DNA of 20,000 nucleotides, taken from the IMG/VR virus record IMGVR_UViG_3300027782_003691; one strand, 5' to 3'. Source of the stretch: an uncultured virus (IMG/VR IMGVR_UViG_3300027782_003691) (taxonomy: Duplodnaviria; Heunggongvirae; Uroviricota; Caudoviricetes). The translations under genes and the position numbers were made by a program. Positions within the stretch are counted from its first letter, which is position 1. The number at the start of each line of letters is the position of its first letter. Shown here in pieces: positions 1 through 7,493 of the stretch. Below the pieces are notes generated by a model, which made no database searches, was not told the DNA's origin, and saw nothing but the letters and a program-made list of their open reading frames with translations.

Positions 1-307
1 CAAATAGCCAATCGGCGGTTGCCTGCGCCGCCAGCCCATTGTAGTAACGATTTAGACCGTTATATCCCATGGGTTCAAAAACCATTACCGTATAGTTGAT
101 TCCTTTTTCTTCCATCCAGGGTTGAATATCTGTGGAGAAATAACCTAACCCAACTTCGTCATCATTATCGAATCCCAGTAATAGTTGGACTCCATCTAGG
201 TCAAGTACACGGTTAAAAATACTAATAATACTGAGCTTTAGTGCTGTAGTTCTACCTCTGGTGGGTAATAATACTGCTATTTTATATTCATTTGTGGACT
301 TGGCCAT
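1..307 (-). CDS. Glycosyltransferase family 2 (GT-A), 5' part; runs off the window's left edge
   Basis: Not in the ORF track. Manual translation from ATG at 307 (SD AGAAAGGA) gives MAKSTNEYKIAVLLPTRGRTTALKLSIISIF...QLLLGFDNDD...YYNGLAAQATADWLF. This is the typical GT2 N-terminus: hydrophobic strand-P-T-R, an acidic D-x-D region, and N-x-L-x-x-x-A-x-x-D-W before the expected DxD. Confidence 0.8.
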   Translation of the reverse strand, partial: MAKSTNEYKIAVLLPTRGRTTALKLSIISIFNRVLDLDGVQLLLGFDNDDEVGLGYFSTDIQPWMEEKGINYTVMVFEPMGYNGLNRYYNGLAAQATADWLF

Positions 308-364
308 TGATATCCTTTCTGTAATTGAACTATTTACTGTTTAATATATGCACTTAACAATTTT

Positions 365-673
365 CTAATCTTCAAAGATCTTGGACCATCGTTTAAGTTT
401 TTCTCTTTTACGTTCCCTGGCCAGAATCAGTTCAGCTCTATCAATTACACCCTGCTCAACCAATATATCCACCATGCACATTACATCGCCGATCTCCTGT
501 GCTAGCATATCTTTGTGCAGTTCTTTGGTAGTATAATGTTCACTGTCGATTCCAAATCTCCGACATTTACTAACTTCAACTATAACCTCAGCACACTCCT
601 CTTGCAGTATGCCCAGAGCTTCCATTACCCTACGATCGAGTTGTAGGGTTTCGTCATATTCTTTGGAACTCAT
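365..673 (-). CDS. MazG-like nucleotide pyrophosphohydrolase
   Basis: Single helical domain with EExxE (LQEECAEV) and ExxD (QEIGDV) metal-binding motifs. ATG overlaps the upstream stop. Confidence 0.8.
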   Translation of the reverse strand: MSSKEYDETLQLDRRVMEALGILQEECAEVIVEVSKCRRFGIDSEHYTTKELHKDMLAQEIGDVMCMVDILVEQGVIDRAELILARERKREKLKRWSKIFED

Positions 674-1314
674 ATTAATAAATCCTCATGCCATTCTCTA
701 TGTCCTTCTCTGTAAGCCATATTGCTTTGTGTTTCGCGTACTTCTACACGATAGCACCAAAGTCTATCTGCTTCTGCCGTTCCCCACATGTCAGGAATAT
801 AAACGCCATTAACATACCGGTACAGCATGTCAGCTAATCCTTCACAACCTAAACGTGGCAAAATAGTCAGCTTGGCCATGTTCTTAGATTGCAGCAGTTT
901 AAATGTCTCCAGTTCTGGATCATCTTCTGCTACTAGCAATGTATGATCAAACTGATCTTCTAGTGTGTCTTTTAGCTCTTTGAGTCCACCGTAGTCTGCT
1001 GCCCAGTTGCGTACATCCAGGTCGTTGGTGCCAAAGTAAAACTTCATACTAAAGCTGTAGCCATGTATTAAATTACAGTGGCTATCTGCTCGCCACTGTC
1101 TGTAGGCGCAGGGAAAAGCGTCGTGATATTCTTTTGTACTGGTGTACTTGTATTGCACAGTTGATGGCACGCTACTCAATGCCTGCTCTACGTTATCTGC
1201 TAGACTTTTTTGCAAGACTGGCCCTACTGTGTTACCAGATTTTGTGTGATGATAATGATTGATGCGAGCATCGAAGTAATCACTTAGTGCTTGCTGGTGG
1301 GGGTTATTTGCCAT
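670..1314 (-). CDS. queD: QueD/6-pyruvoyl-tetrahydropterin synthase family (T-fold) protein with ~50-aa N-terminal extension
   Basis: Motifs C-x3-HGY (SHCNLIHGYS), DYGGLK, FDHTLL, GCEGLA and VRET. Strong SD TAGGAG before the ATG. Confidence 0.85.
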   Translation of the reverse strand: MANNPHQQALSDYFDARINHYHHTKSGNTVGPVLQKSLADNVEQALSSVPSTVQYKYTSTKEYHDAFPCAYRQWRADSHCNLIHGYSFSMKFYFGTNDLDVRNWAADYGGLKELKDTLEDQFDHTLLVAEDDPELETFKLLQSKNMAKLTILPRLGCEGLADMLYRYVNGVYIPDMWGTAEADRLWCYRVEVRETQSNMAYREGHREWHEDLLI

Positions 1315-1321
1315 TATTGAT

Positions 1322-1394
1322 CTCCTATGATATATTATAGCATAGGCAGCAGAGTTTGTATAGCGGGGGTGATGCCAAAAGGCCGCTTTGCTGC
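1322..1394 (-). ncRNA. Candidate cis-regulatory structured RNA in the queD leader
   Basis: Nested stems GCAGCA/TGCTGC, AGCG/CGCT and GCC-TTTT-GGC, followed by hairpin CCTATG/CATAGG overlapping the SD. Confidence 0.4.
1334..1362 (-). promoter_or_regulatory. Sigma70-type promoter upstream of queD (TATACA-N17-TATAAT, extended -10 TG)
   Basis: Minus strand reads TATACA aactctgctgcctatgc TATAAT, with a TGn immediately before the -10 hexamer, upstream of the SD. Confidence 0.55.
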
Positions 1395-1395
1395 A

Positions 1396-1734
1396 TTATT
1401 TACTTTTACCTGCAATTGCAATGATAACTTTAAACTTATCACATGCTTCCAACCATGTCGCCAATGCGTCATTAATAGTCACATTACCTGCGTGTTCGTT
1501 ATTGATATGTTCTGTAACGCTTGTCTTAGCTTGTTCAAGGAAATCCTCAATTGCGGTTGCGGTAGCTAACGCAGGTTGCCAATAAGTACCATCATACAGT
1601 TCAAATGAGCTAATGGTAGTATTGTATCGTATTTGACCCAACGCTGGACTGACGGGACCAACATTGATAGTAGTATTATTTGTATACCCACTACCACTAT
1701 TTGTCAGTACAGGATTAACGGCGTACAAAGTCAT
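1396..1734 (-). CDS. Hypothetical phage protein (G-x-IRYN...FE-x-YDG-x-x-W motif plus C-terminal helix)
   Basis: ORF in operon orientation with ATGA overlap. Resembles 2182..2538. Confidence 0.7.
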   Translation of the reverse strand: MTLYAVNPVLTNSGSGYTNNTTINVGPVSPALGQIRYNTTISSFELYDGTYWQPALATATAIEDFLEQAKTSVTEHINNEHAGNVTINDALATWLEACDKFKVIIAIAGKSK

Positions 1735-2039
1735 CGACGTAAAAATTCCATAGATACCAATTGGCCAACACGATGAGCGATATCTTCACCTTCAGGAATA
1801 ATATGTGCTACAATATCCCATTCGTGGTCTTTTTGGTTCCAGGATTTAATTTCGATTACACATCCACCTCTTGCGGGTAGCACGGAAAATCTAACTGATT
1901 TACCCATGTCAATTTTATGCCCGCTGTCATCCTCAACAGAATCCATGTCGACCAAGCGAGAATTTAACGGTTCATCATTTAACTGTTCCATTTGCGCTTC
2001 CTGCAACCATTGTAGTATCTTTCGTTTAAACCATTTCAT
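1731..2039 (-). CDS. Hypothetical phage protein
   Basis: 102-aa ORF with overlapping start/stop at both ends and SD GGAG upstream. Confidence 0.7.
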   Translation of the reverse strand: MKWFKRKILQWLQEAQMEQLNDEPLNSRLVDMDSVEDDSGHKIDMGKSVRFSVLPARGGCVIEIKSWNQKDHEWDIVAHIIPEGEDIAHRVGQLVSMEFLRR

Positions 2040-2185
2040 TCTTCATCTCCCCAATCAATATCTTCATTTTTCTGCAGTTCTGCATATTCCTCTTCTGATA
2101 GTGCGTGGCTACTATCGCAATAGCCTTCTAGGTCTCTGGTACGACCACATCCGCACTTGGCAAAGTTTTTAACCATTGGTGTCAT
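2036..2185 (-). CDS. CDGSH-type iron-sulfur miniprotein (49 aa)
   Basis: Not in the ORF track. Translation is MTPMVKNFAKCGCGRTRDLEGYCDSSHALSEEEYAELQKNEDIDWGDEE. It has C-x-C-x2-T...C-D-S-S-H (3Cys-1His), SD GAGG, and exactly fills the gap with overlaps on both sides. Confidence 0.8.
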   Translation of the reverse strand: MTPMVKNFAKCGCGRTRDLEGYCDSSHALSEEEYAELQKNEDIDWGDEE

Positions 2186-2538
2186 TTATTTTCCTCTGTT
2201 AATAGTAATATAATATTAAGTTGCTCTTGTGCGTGTTTAGCCGCAGCAAGGGCATCTGCTACTGCAGGTTTAGTTTTGGCCAATTCTTCTGCCCTATGTT
2301 CTTGTGTCATTTTCTTGTCGGCCCATGCCATTATTGCTTCTGCATGTTTAGTTAAATTAATTGTTGCACTATTACCGTACATGGCCATCCAAGTGGTGCC
2401 ATTCCAAACTTCTTGTTGTCCATTTATAACTCTAACTGCACCCTGCATGGGGTTAGGGCCGGATGGAACATATGGTATAGTACCGCCAGAAGTTGTAATT
2501 TCTATCCACGGGCCGCCTACTTTAACATGATCAATCAT
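2182..2538 (-). CDS. Hypothetical phage protein (likely start MIDHVKVGG, 118 aa)
   Basis: Start moved from 2667 to ATG 2538 to avoid a long overlap with 2531..2758. Has a G-x-VR...E-x-WNG-x-x-W motif and a helical C-terminus. Confidence 0.7.
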   Translation of the reverse strand: MIDHVKVGGPWIEITTSGGTIPYVPSGPNPMQGAVRVINGQQEVWNGTTWMAMYGNSATINLTKHAEAIMAWADKKMTQEHRAEELAKTKPAVADALAAAKHAQEQLNIILLLTEENK

Positions 2539-2758
2539 CTTTTTCCATATCAGCAGCTTGCTGTACCAAGGATACCAATTGATCCATATTTTGACAAAGA
2601 ATTTTAACAGTTTTATAATCGCCAGCACGGTTTCGTCCTGCAATTTCAAACATAAATCCGTTGTCATACATGTAGACAGTAAAGTTTTCGTTTACTTTTT
2701 CTAGTTTGTGTTTGATTTCGCTGATTTCAGTTGTTGGTAAAAACGTTTTAGTTGCCAT
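2531..2758 (-). CDS. Hypothetical phage protein (75 aa)
   Basis: Strong SD TAGGAG; lies immediately downstream of folE. Confidence 0.75.
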   Translation of the reverse strand: MATKTFLPTTEISEIKHKLEKVNENFTVYMYDNGFMFEIAGRNRAGDYKTVKILCQNMDQLVSLVQQAADMEKDD

Positions 2759-2767
2759 TATGATCTC

Positions 2768-3460
2768 CTATCGTGGGGCAAAGTCTTGTTGTAGTTTAAT
2801 ATTATCAAAGAATTCCTTCTTTGTATCCATGTGTTCCTTGAACGCACCTTTCAATACTGTAGTCTGTGTTAAACTACTGTGTGCCATAATTCCGCGATTT
2901 TCGCAGCAGCCGTGTATGGCTTGAATATAAACACCCACATCCTCACTGTCGGTTGCTCGCATTATTTCTCGGGCGATGTCGTTACAGAGCTCTTCCTGCA
3001 GAGTACCACGGCGAGCACACCACTGAGCAATCCTAGTATACTTAGATAGCCCGATAAGTTTATTTGCGGCAAGGATTCCAATGTAGGCAACACCAGTAAC
3101 AGGCTGATGGTGGTGACTGCACATACTACGCAACTCACTGCGCACGACCAACATACCTTCATATCTATTCTCCGAATCATTTGGAAACGCTGTACAATCT
3201 GGGGCAGGCTCATATCTGCCTGCCATAATTTCGTTAAAATACATTTTGGCCAATCTATGCGCTGTGCCTTGACTATTGGGATCAGCGTCAATGTCGATCA
3301 ATAGACTTTCTAGTACAGTTTCGAACGCCTCTGTGGCTTCGTTAATTAGAATCCTTTTATCTTCTTCAGTAACGTAGTCACTGATGTTGTCGCCGGCCCA
3401 AAATCTCTTACCATCTGCTTGCATTCTGCGACGAATGCTGTCACCTAAGTATCCCGCCAT
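2768..3460 (-). CDS. folE: GTP cyclohydrolase I (type IA)
   Basis: TAHRLAKMY, SMCSHHHQP (Zn Cys/His), GLSKYTRI, LQEEL, HGCCENRG and EFF motifs. Confidence 0.95.
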   Translation of the reverse strand: MAGYLGDSIRRRMQADGKRFWAGDNISDYVTEEDKRILINEATEAFETVLESLLIDIDADPNSQGTAHRLAKMYFNEIMAGRYEPAPDCTAFPNDSENRYEGMLVVRSELRSMCSHHHQPVTGVAYIGILAANKLIGLSKYTRIAQWCARRGTLQEELCNDIAREIMRATDSEDVGVYIQAIHGCCENRGIMAHSSLTQTTVLKGAFKEHMDTKKEFFDNIKLQQDFAPR

Positions 3461-3859
3461 TTATTCATCTTCCTGTTTAAGTATATCTACCATCTCTTGC
3501 TTCTCTTTTTCTTTGAGATCATTGATATCGTATTTCTCAAATCTATAGCCATACTTCATGGAAGGCATAAGTGCTACCTTTTCAAATAGATCCATTTGCT
3601 CTTTGCTGACACTGAAGATATGTCCCTGTACCGGACCGTCAGTAGTATCATTTTGAAGTTTAGATTTACTTTTTGCCTCACCCACTAATGACTGTCGCCA
3701 AGTGTAACTCTCGGGATCTATGGCGTCGGCAAATACCGCTATTTTTTTATCTTCTCTTGAGTTGGCCCAAGCAACATATAGGTTGTCAGATTCATAGAGT
3801 CGATCATACTCTTCGGGAGTAGATGATCTTTGCGTAAACATTTCATTTAAAAATGGCAT
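3461..3859 (-). CDS. Hypothetical protein
   Basis: 132-aa ORF with SD AAGGA, directly after a promoter. Its stop abuts the folE ATG. Confidence 0.7.
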   Translation of the reverse strand: MPFLNEMFTQRSSTPEEYDRLYESDNLYVAWANSREDKKIAVFADAIDPESYTWRQSLVGEAKSKSKLQNDTTDGPVQGHIFSVSKEQMDLFEKVALMPSMKYGYRFEKYDINDLKEKEKQEMVDILKQEDE

Positions 3860-3878
3860 ATTGCTTCCTTGTTGTTAT

Positions 3879-3907
3879 ATTATATAGACTATTTAGGCCT
3901 GAGTCAA
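3879..3907 (-). promoter_or_regulatory. Sigma70-type promoter TTGACT-N17-TATAAT with embedded CTAAATA
   Basis: Minus strand reads TTGACT caggcctaaatagtcta TATAAT. Near-consensus; positioned to drive the folE sub-operon. Confidence 0.75.
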
Positions 3908-3979
3908 AGTTTATGGTAATTTCATTTGTCATTCACTATTATAACTTAACCATAAATTGATACGCTACCATTATGGCTA

Positions 3980-3987
3980 TATAAATA
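3980..3987 (+). promoter_or_regulatory. T4-type late promoter TATAAATA
   Basis: Exact match to the T4 gp55 late consensus, 5 nt before ATG 3993, with no SD (near-leaderless transcript). Confidence 0.6.
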
Positions 3988-3992
3988 TCTGC

Positions 3993-5072
3993 ATGAAACG
4001 TGCCGTCTTATGTGTGGACAATCCACAAGATTTTATTCCCCAGTTAAAAGATCATTCGATAATGATCATAAATCCTAATGCCCCTGAGGCTAGGAACCGA
4101 TACCTATTGGAAAATTCCGACTGGAGTTTATACATCACTCGAGATCAAGAAAAAGTTAGAAATGGTAATGACTATCCTAACGAAAGAGTACTTTGGTATA
4201 CATCAGGCACCACAGGAGATAGTAAGTTTTGTAGCTTTACACAAGCACATCTAAACAACATGGCTGCTACTATTGTTAGATCATACAACTTGACAGCTAA
4301 CGATAGATATACCAGCATCATGAGCTTATGGCATGCGCATGGGCAGGGTTTTTACTGGGCGGCGCAATTAGCAGGATGCGAAACTACCTACGTTACTATG
4401 AAAGACATTAAAACCTTTCCCTCTACTAAGCCAACTTTTATAACTGCCATTCCTGATGTACTAAGAGTTATTGCTGAATTAAATTTTGACAATTTAAGAT
4501 TTATACGTTCTGCCAGTGCTCCTATGTCACACGATTTATATCACAAATTAAGCGCAAAGTTTAATGTTCCTATAGTAGAAGCGTTTGGTATGACAGAAGC
4601 AATGAGTCACTGTTTCACTAATCCACTTGCCGGCCCACAACGAGTTGGCACAGTAGGATTGCCTGATGGCATAGAAGCTAAAATTGAAAATGGTCATTTG
4701 ATGATCAAGGGTTTTAATATTTGTCATGGTGATTGGTACGATACAGGAGACCTAGCTGACCAAGATGAAATGGGTTACTATCGTATACTGGGTCGTAGTC
4801 GTGATCAAATTAACGTCAAGGGTTCTAAAATTAATCCTGTGAGTATCGAACGACAGTTACTACAGAACATTCCGGGTATGCAGGAATGTGTGGTATTTGG
4901 TACAGATCATGTTAAGTGTCTATATGTAGGTACATGCGATGAAGATACTATCAAGAACTTTTTGATCAGCCTTGGTAAACATTGCAAACCAGCAGTACTC
5001 AAGTGTGTTGATAGTATTCCACTTAGCCCAGCAGGAAAAATATCTAGGGCTTTATTAGATTCCTGTCATTAA
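3993..5072 (+). CDS. AMP-dependent synthetase/ligase (ANL superfamily), compact form
   Basis: YTSGTTGDSK P-loop, FGMTE, YDTGD, GRSRDQINVKG and C-terminal GKI lysine. Start adjusted to ATG 3993 (MKRAVL). It is the only long plus-strand gene. Confidence 0.9.
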   Translation: MKRAVLCVDNPQDFIPQLKDHSIMIINPNAPEARNRYLLENSDWSLYITRDQEKVRNGNDYPNERVLWYTSGTTGDSKFCSFTQAHLNNMAATIVRSYNLTANDRYTSIMSLWHAHGQGFYWAAQLAGCETTYVTMKDIKTFPSTKPTFITAIPDVLRVIAELNFDNLRFIRSASAPMSHDLYHKLSAKFNVPIVEAFGMTEAMSHCFTNPLAGPQRVGTVGLPDGIEAKIENGHLMIKGFNICHGDWYDTGDLADQDEMGYYRILGRSRDQINVKGSKINPVSIERQLLQNIPGMQECVVFGTDHVKCLYVGTCDEDTIKNFLISLGKHCKPAVLKCVDSIPLSPAGKISRALLDSCH

Positions 5073-5754
5073 GGAACTTGTACATCTCATCGGCATACCA
5101 TCTATACGCTTCATCAGTAGGATGTAGAGATTTGTCATCCCACATCTTCTTGTTTTTGGCCTGTCTAAAAAGACTATCAGGATGCACGAAATTCCAGTCA
5201 ATTTTATTGTAATAATTTTTAAACTGTTTGAGCCGTAACAGCGTTCGGTACCAGACAAAGGTATATGGTATACCGTAGGATTTAAGTGTAGACTGAAGTG
5301 ACAATGCTTGGGTTAACATTATCTGATGATTGATTTCATAGGTTGGAATAGTGAGAAATCGACGTCGGAATAATTCATTTTTATTTTCCGCCGCTTCTTC
5401 AGAAGGCATTATATTGTCAGCAGTATGTGGCCATATCCATTCTGACTGCATATATTCGGTGTGTGGATTAGTATTTTTTCCTTTTCTAATCCAGTCTGTT
5501 ATTGGTAGTTTTTGATGAGTTCTAAATTCTACTCGATTTGCAATATTCCAAGATACTAAAACTAAATCATATGGCCTTTCAGTAACCTCTGCGATTACTG
5601 CATCGTGAATATACTGGTTTCCACATCCTGCTCGTGCTATATTTACGATCTCACAGTTTAATTTTTGTTGTAAATAATGTACCCAAGTGCGTTGAGTCCA
5701 TGAGGCTGACAGGTCAGGCATTACTACTGAGGCACCACATACTAAAATTTTCAT
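5044..5754 (-). CDS. SGNH/GDSL-like hydrolase or acyltransferase domain protein
   Basis: Block I-like ILVCGAS, W-x-x-x-L, N-x-A-x-x-G-x-GN and C-terminal LHP (DDKSLHP). Confidence 0.65.
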   Translation of the reverse strand: MKILVCGASVVMPDLSASWTQRTWVHYLQQKLNCEIVNIARAGCGNQYIHDAVIAEVTERPYDLVLVSWNIANRVEFRTHQKLPITDWIRKGKNTNPHTEYMQSEWIWPHTADNIMPSEEAAENKNELFRRRFLTIPTYEINHQIMLTQALSLQSTLKSYGIPYTFVWYRTLLRLKQFKNYYNKIDWNFVHPDSLFRQAKNKKMWDDKSLHPTDEAYRWYADEMYKFLNDRNLIKP

Positions 5755-6806
5755 CTTATATTTAATAGTAAATTACCGGCCGAAAAGAAATCCTTGGACA
5801 ATTTGGCTGCTTGTTGTTCCAGTAAAGGCAGCAATGATTCATAGTTGCTCATGTATGACATGAGTTTTTTAGCTAGATACGGTCTGCTTTTTTCATAAAA
5901 TTTATAATTTTGAGTAAATGTAGAATCATATCTAAATTCATCATAATACATTTCTCTATAACTAAGTCTATCAGGTACCATGGGGATAGCATTAACAACT
6001 GCACCCTCGTAACAACTGATACCCAGTGTTTCCTGTAGGTTAGCACTGAATACTACTTTTGCTTCACCTAATAACGTATGGTATTCATGTTTAGTTAGTT
6101 CTTGATCCTGACACACAATGAATTCATACTGTGGTAATTTAGATGCTAGATCCCGAAATATTTCCACTTGTTTTTCCTGGGCAATGCGATGTGGAAATAA
6201 TACAAGATTACGCTTCTTTAGATTCTTGTATGGGGTAAGTAGTTCATCCATATATTCCATGGGCCACCCAGTTCGTGTTACGTAAGGGTTTGCACCATTG
6301 TCCACTGCATCAAATAAGTTCTTGGCAAACATCTTGATATGAAAATCAGTGGCAAAATAGTTATGATCAAACGCAAAAAAGAAACTTTTTTCCGCATGCC
6401 TAACCCAGGGTTTATCGCCGATTAACCGACCTAGAAAATCTTCAGGATCATAGCTACCTGCATGCCATAGACCGTGTGTAGTTACTGGAATTTTCAGTAA
6501 CTCACTCATGTATCTAAGGTTAATAATACCAGGATGCCAAGCGTCTGTAAAGATAAAATGATCGCCAGGCTTAACTTCACCCTGGGTGAAGAGTCTACCC
6601 ATAGCTTCAACTTGTGCAGCTTTGTAAATGTTGGTGCCCCCAAAATTAAGAAAAGCACCAGGAGTTGTAGCATTAGGGATATCAGTAGGTCCGTCAATAA
6701 TATGGACATTATGTCCTTCCTTTTCAAGTAACAGTGGAAGATGAGTCTTCCACTGCCCGGTATACCGGGTTGAGACTGCTTCTAGATCAACTAAAAAAAC
6801 TGTCAA
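5751..6806 (-). CDS. GT-B fold (GT4-like) glycosyltransferase
   Basis: Likely TTG start at 6806 (TVFLVDLE) overlapping the upstream TGA. Has FPHRIAQEKQ and the E-x7-E motif (ETLGISCYE) typical of retaining GT-B enzymes. Confidence 0.8.
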   Translation of the reverse strand: MTVFLVDLEAVSTRYTGQWKTHLPLLLEKEGHNVHIIDGPTDIPNATTPGAFLNFGGTNIYKAAQVEAMGRLFTQGEVKPGDHFIFTDAWHPGIINLRYMSELLKIPVTTHGLWHAGSYDPEDFLGRLIGDKPWVRHAEKSFFFAFDHNYFATDFHIKMFAKNLFDAVDNGANPYVTRTGWPMEYMDELLTPYKNLKKRNLVLFPHRIAQEKQVEIFRDLASKLPQYEFIVCQDQELTKHEYHTLLGEAKVVFSANLQETLGISCYEGAVVNAIPMVPDRLSYREMYYDEFRYDSTFTQNYKFYEKSRPYLAKKLMSYMSNYESLLPLLEQQAAKLSKDFFSAGNLLLNIR

Positions 6807-7024
6807 TTTATTTTCCCAAATCTGCGTGCATCTTCGGCCCACATGTTCTTGGCATTTTTACCCTGAACAAATTTGTTGTATTGTTGCCAAGCATACGCTT
6901 TAAAATTATATAAATCGTTCTCGTTGTAGCGATACCCATAATCTCTACAGAATTCTAAAAACTTCTCGAGATCGTCTAGAGTTTGATTTGCACGTTCGTT
7001 AGGCTTGAAAGACAACTTTGCCAT
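6803..7024 (-). CDS. Hypothetical phage protein (73 aa)
   Basis: SD AAGGA; translationally coupled to the glycosyltransferase. Confidence 0.75.
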   Translation of the reverse strand: MAKLSFKPNERANQTLDDLEKFLEFCRDYGYRYNENDLYNFKAYAWQQYNKFVQGKNAKNMWAEDARRFGKIN

Positions 7025-7034
7025 TTTAATTCCT

Positions 7035-7493
7035 TTAAATTAATACTGTTTGTGAAGGGCGAGAAAGTTCGTATTTAATGAGGCATCCGTTCTCACCATC
7101 TTCGGAGACCTCAATCCACACCGCACGTTTAGGATAACGTGCAGAAATGTTAATATATAAATCATCTGCGATCATTTCGCATGATTTATAATCTAATGAT
7201 AGAATACCATCTTTGTAAAGATTTTCTAACCATCGTTTAAACTGAATAAACTCAATATCACGATCGTTATGAAATACATCAATCCAAACACGGAAGTGGA
7301 AAATATGTCTATGCTCATTAGCTAGAAATGACACATCATATTCATCACCTGTTGCTAGTAAGGGATCTGTTGCTGCTGCGGGATACTTGTGAATACCTTC
7401 TTTGCGAAAGGTTACCCATACTTTACGTTCTGCTTTATACATAATACGGATAGCTTCTTCTGCTAATGCTTGTTGTCGTTGTTGATTAATCAT
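7035..7493 (-). CDS. Divergent QueD/PTPS-like T-fold protein
   Basis: The pattern EGIH...HRH-x-F-x-F-x-V...IEF-x-x-x-K...SCE-x-IA...IEVSE parallels QueD's H...HGH...DF..K...TxE..A...vxE. Confidence 0.65.
   Translation of the reverse strand: MINQQRQQALAEEAIRIMYKAERKVWVTFRKEGIHKYPAAATDPLLATGDEYDVSFLANEHRHIFHFRVWIDVFHNDRDIEFIQFKRWLENLYKDGILSLDYKSCEMIADDLYINISARYPKRAVWIEVSEDGENGCLIKYELSRPSQTVLI

Noticed and set aside
3910..3956. Inverted repeat TTTATGGT/ACCATAAA in the divergent promoter region
   Set aside because: It is only 8 bp, AT-rich and widely spaced, so it is plausible by chance. It could be an operator but is unsupported.
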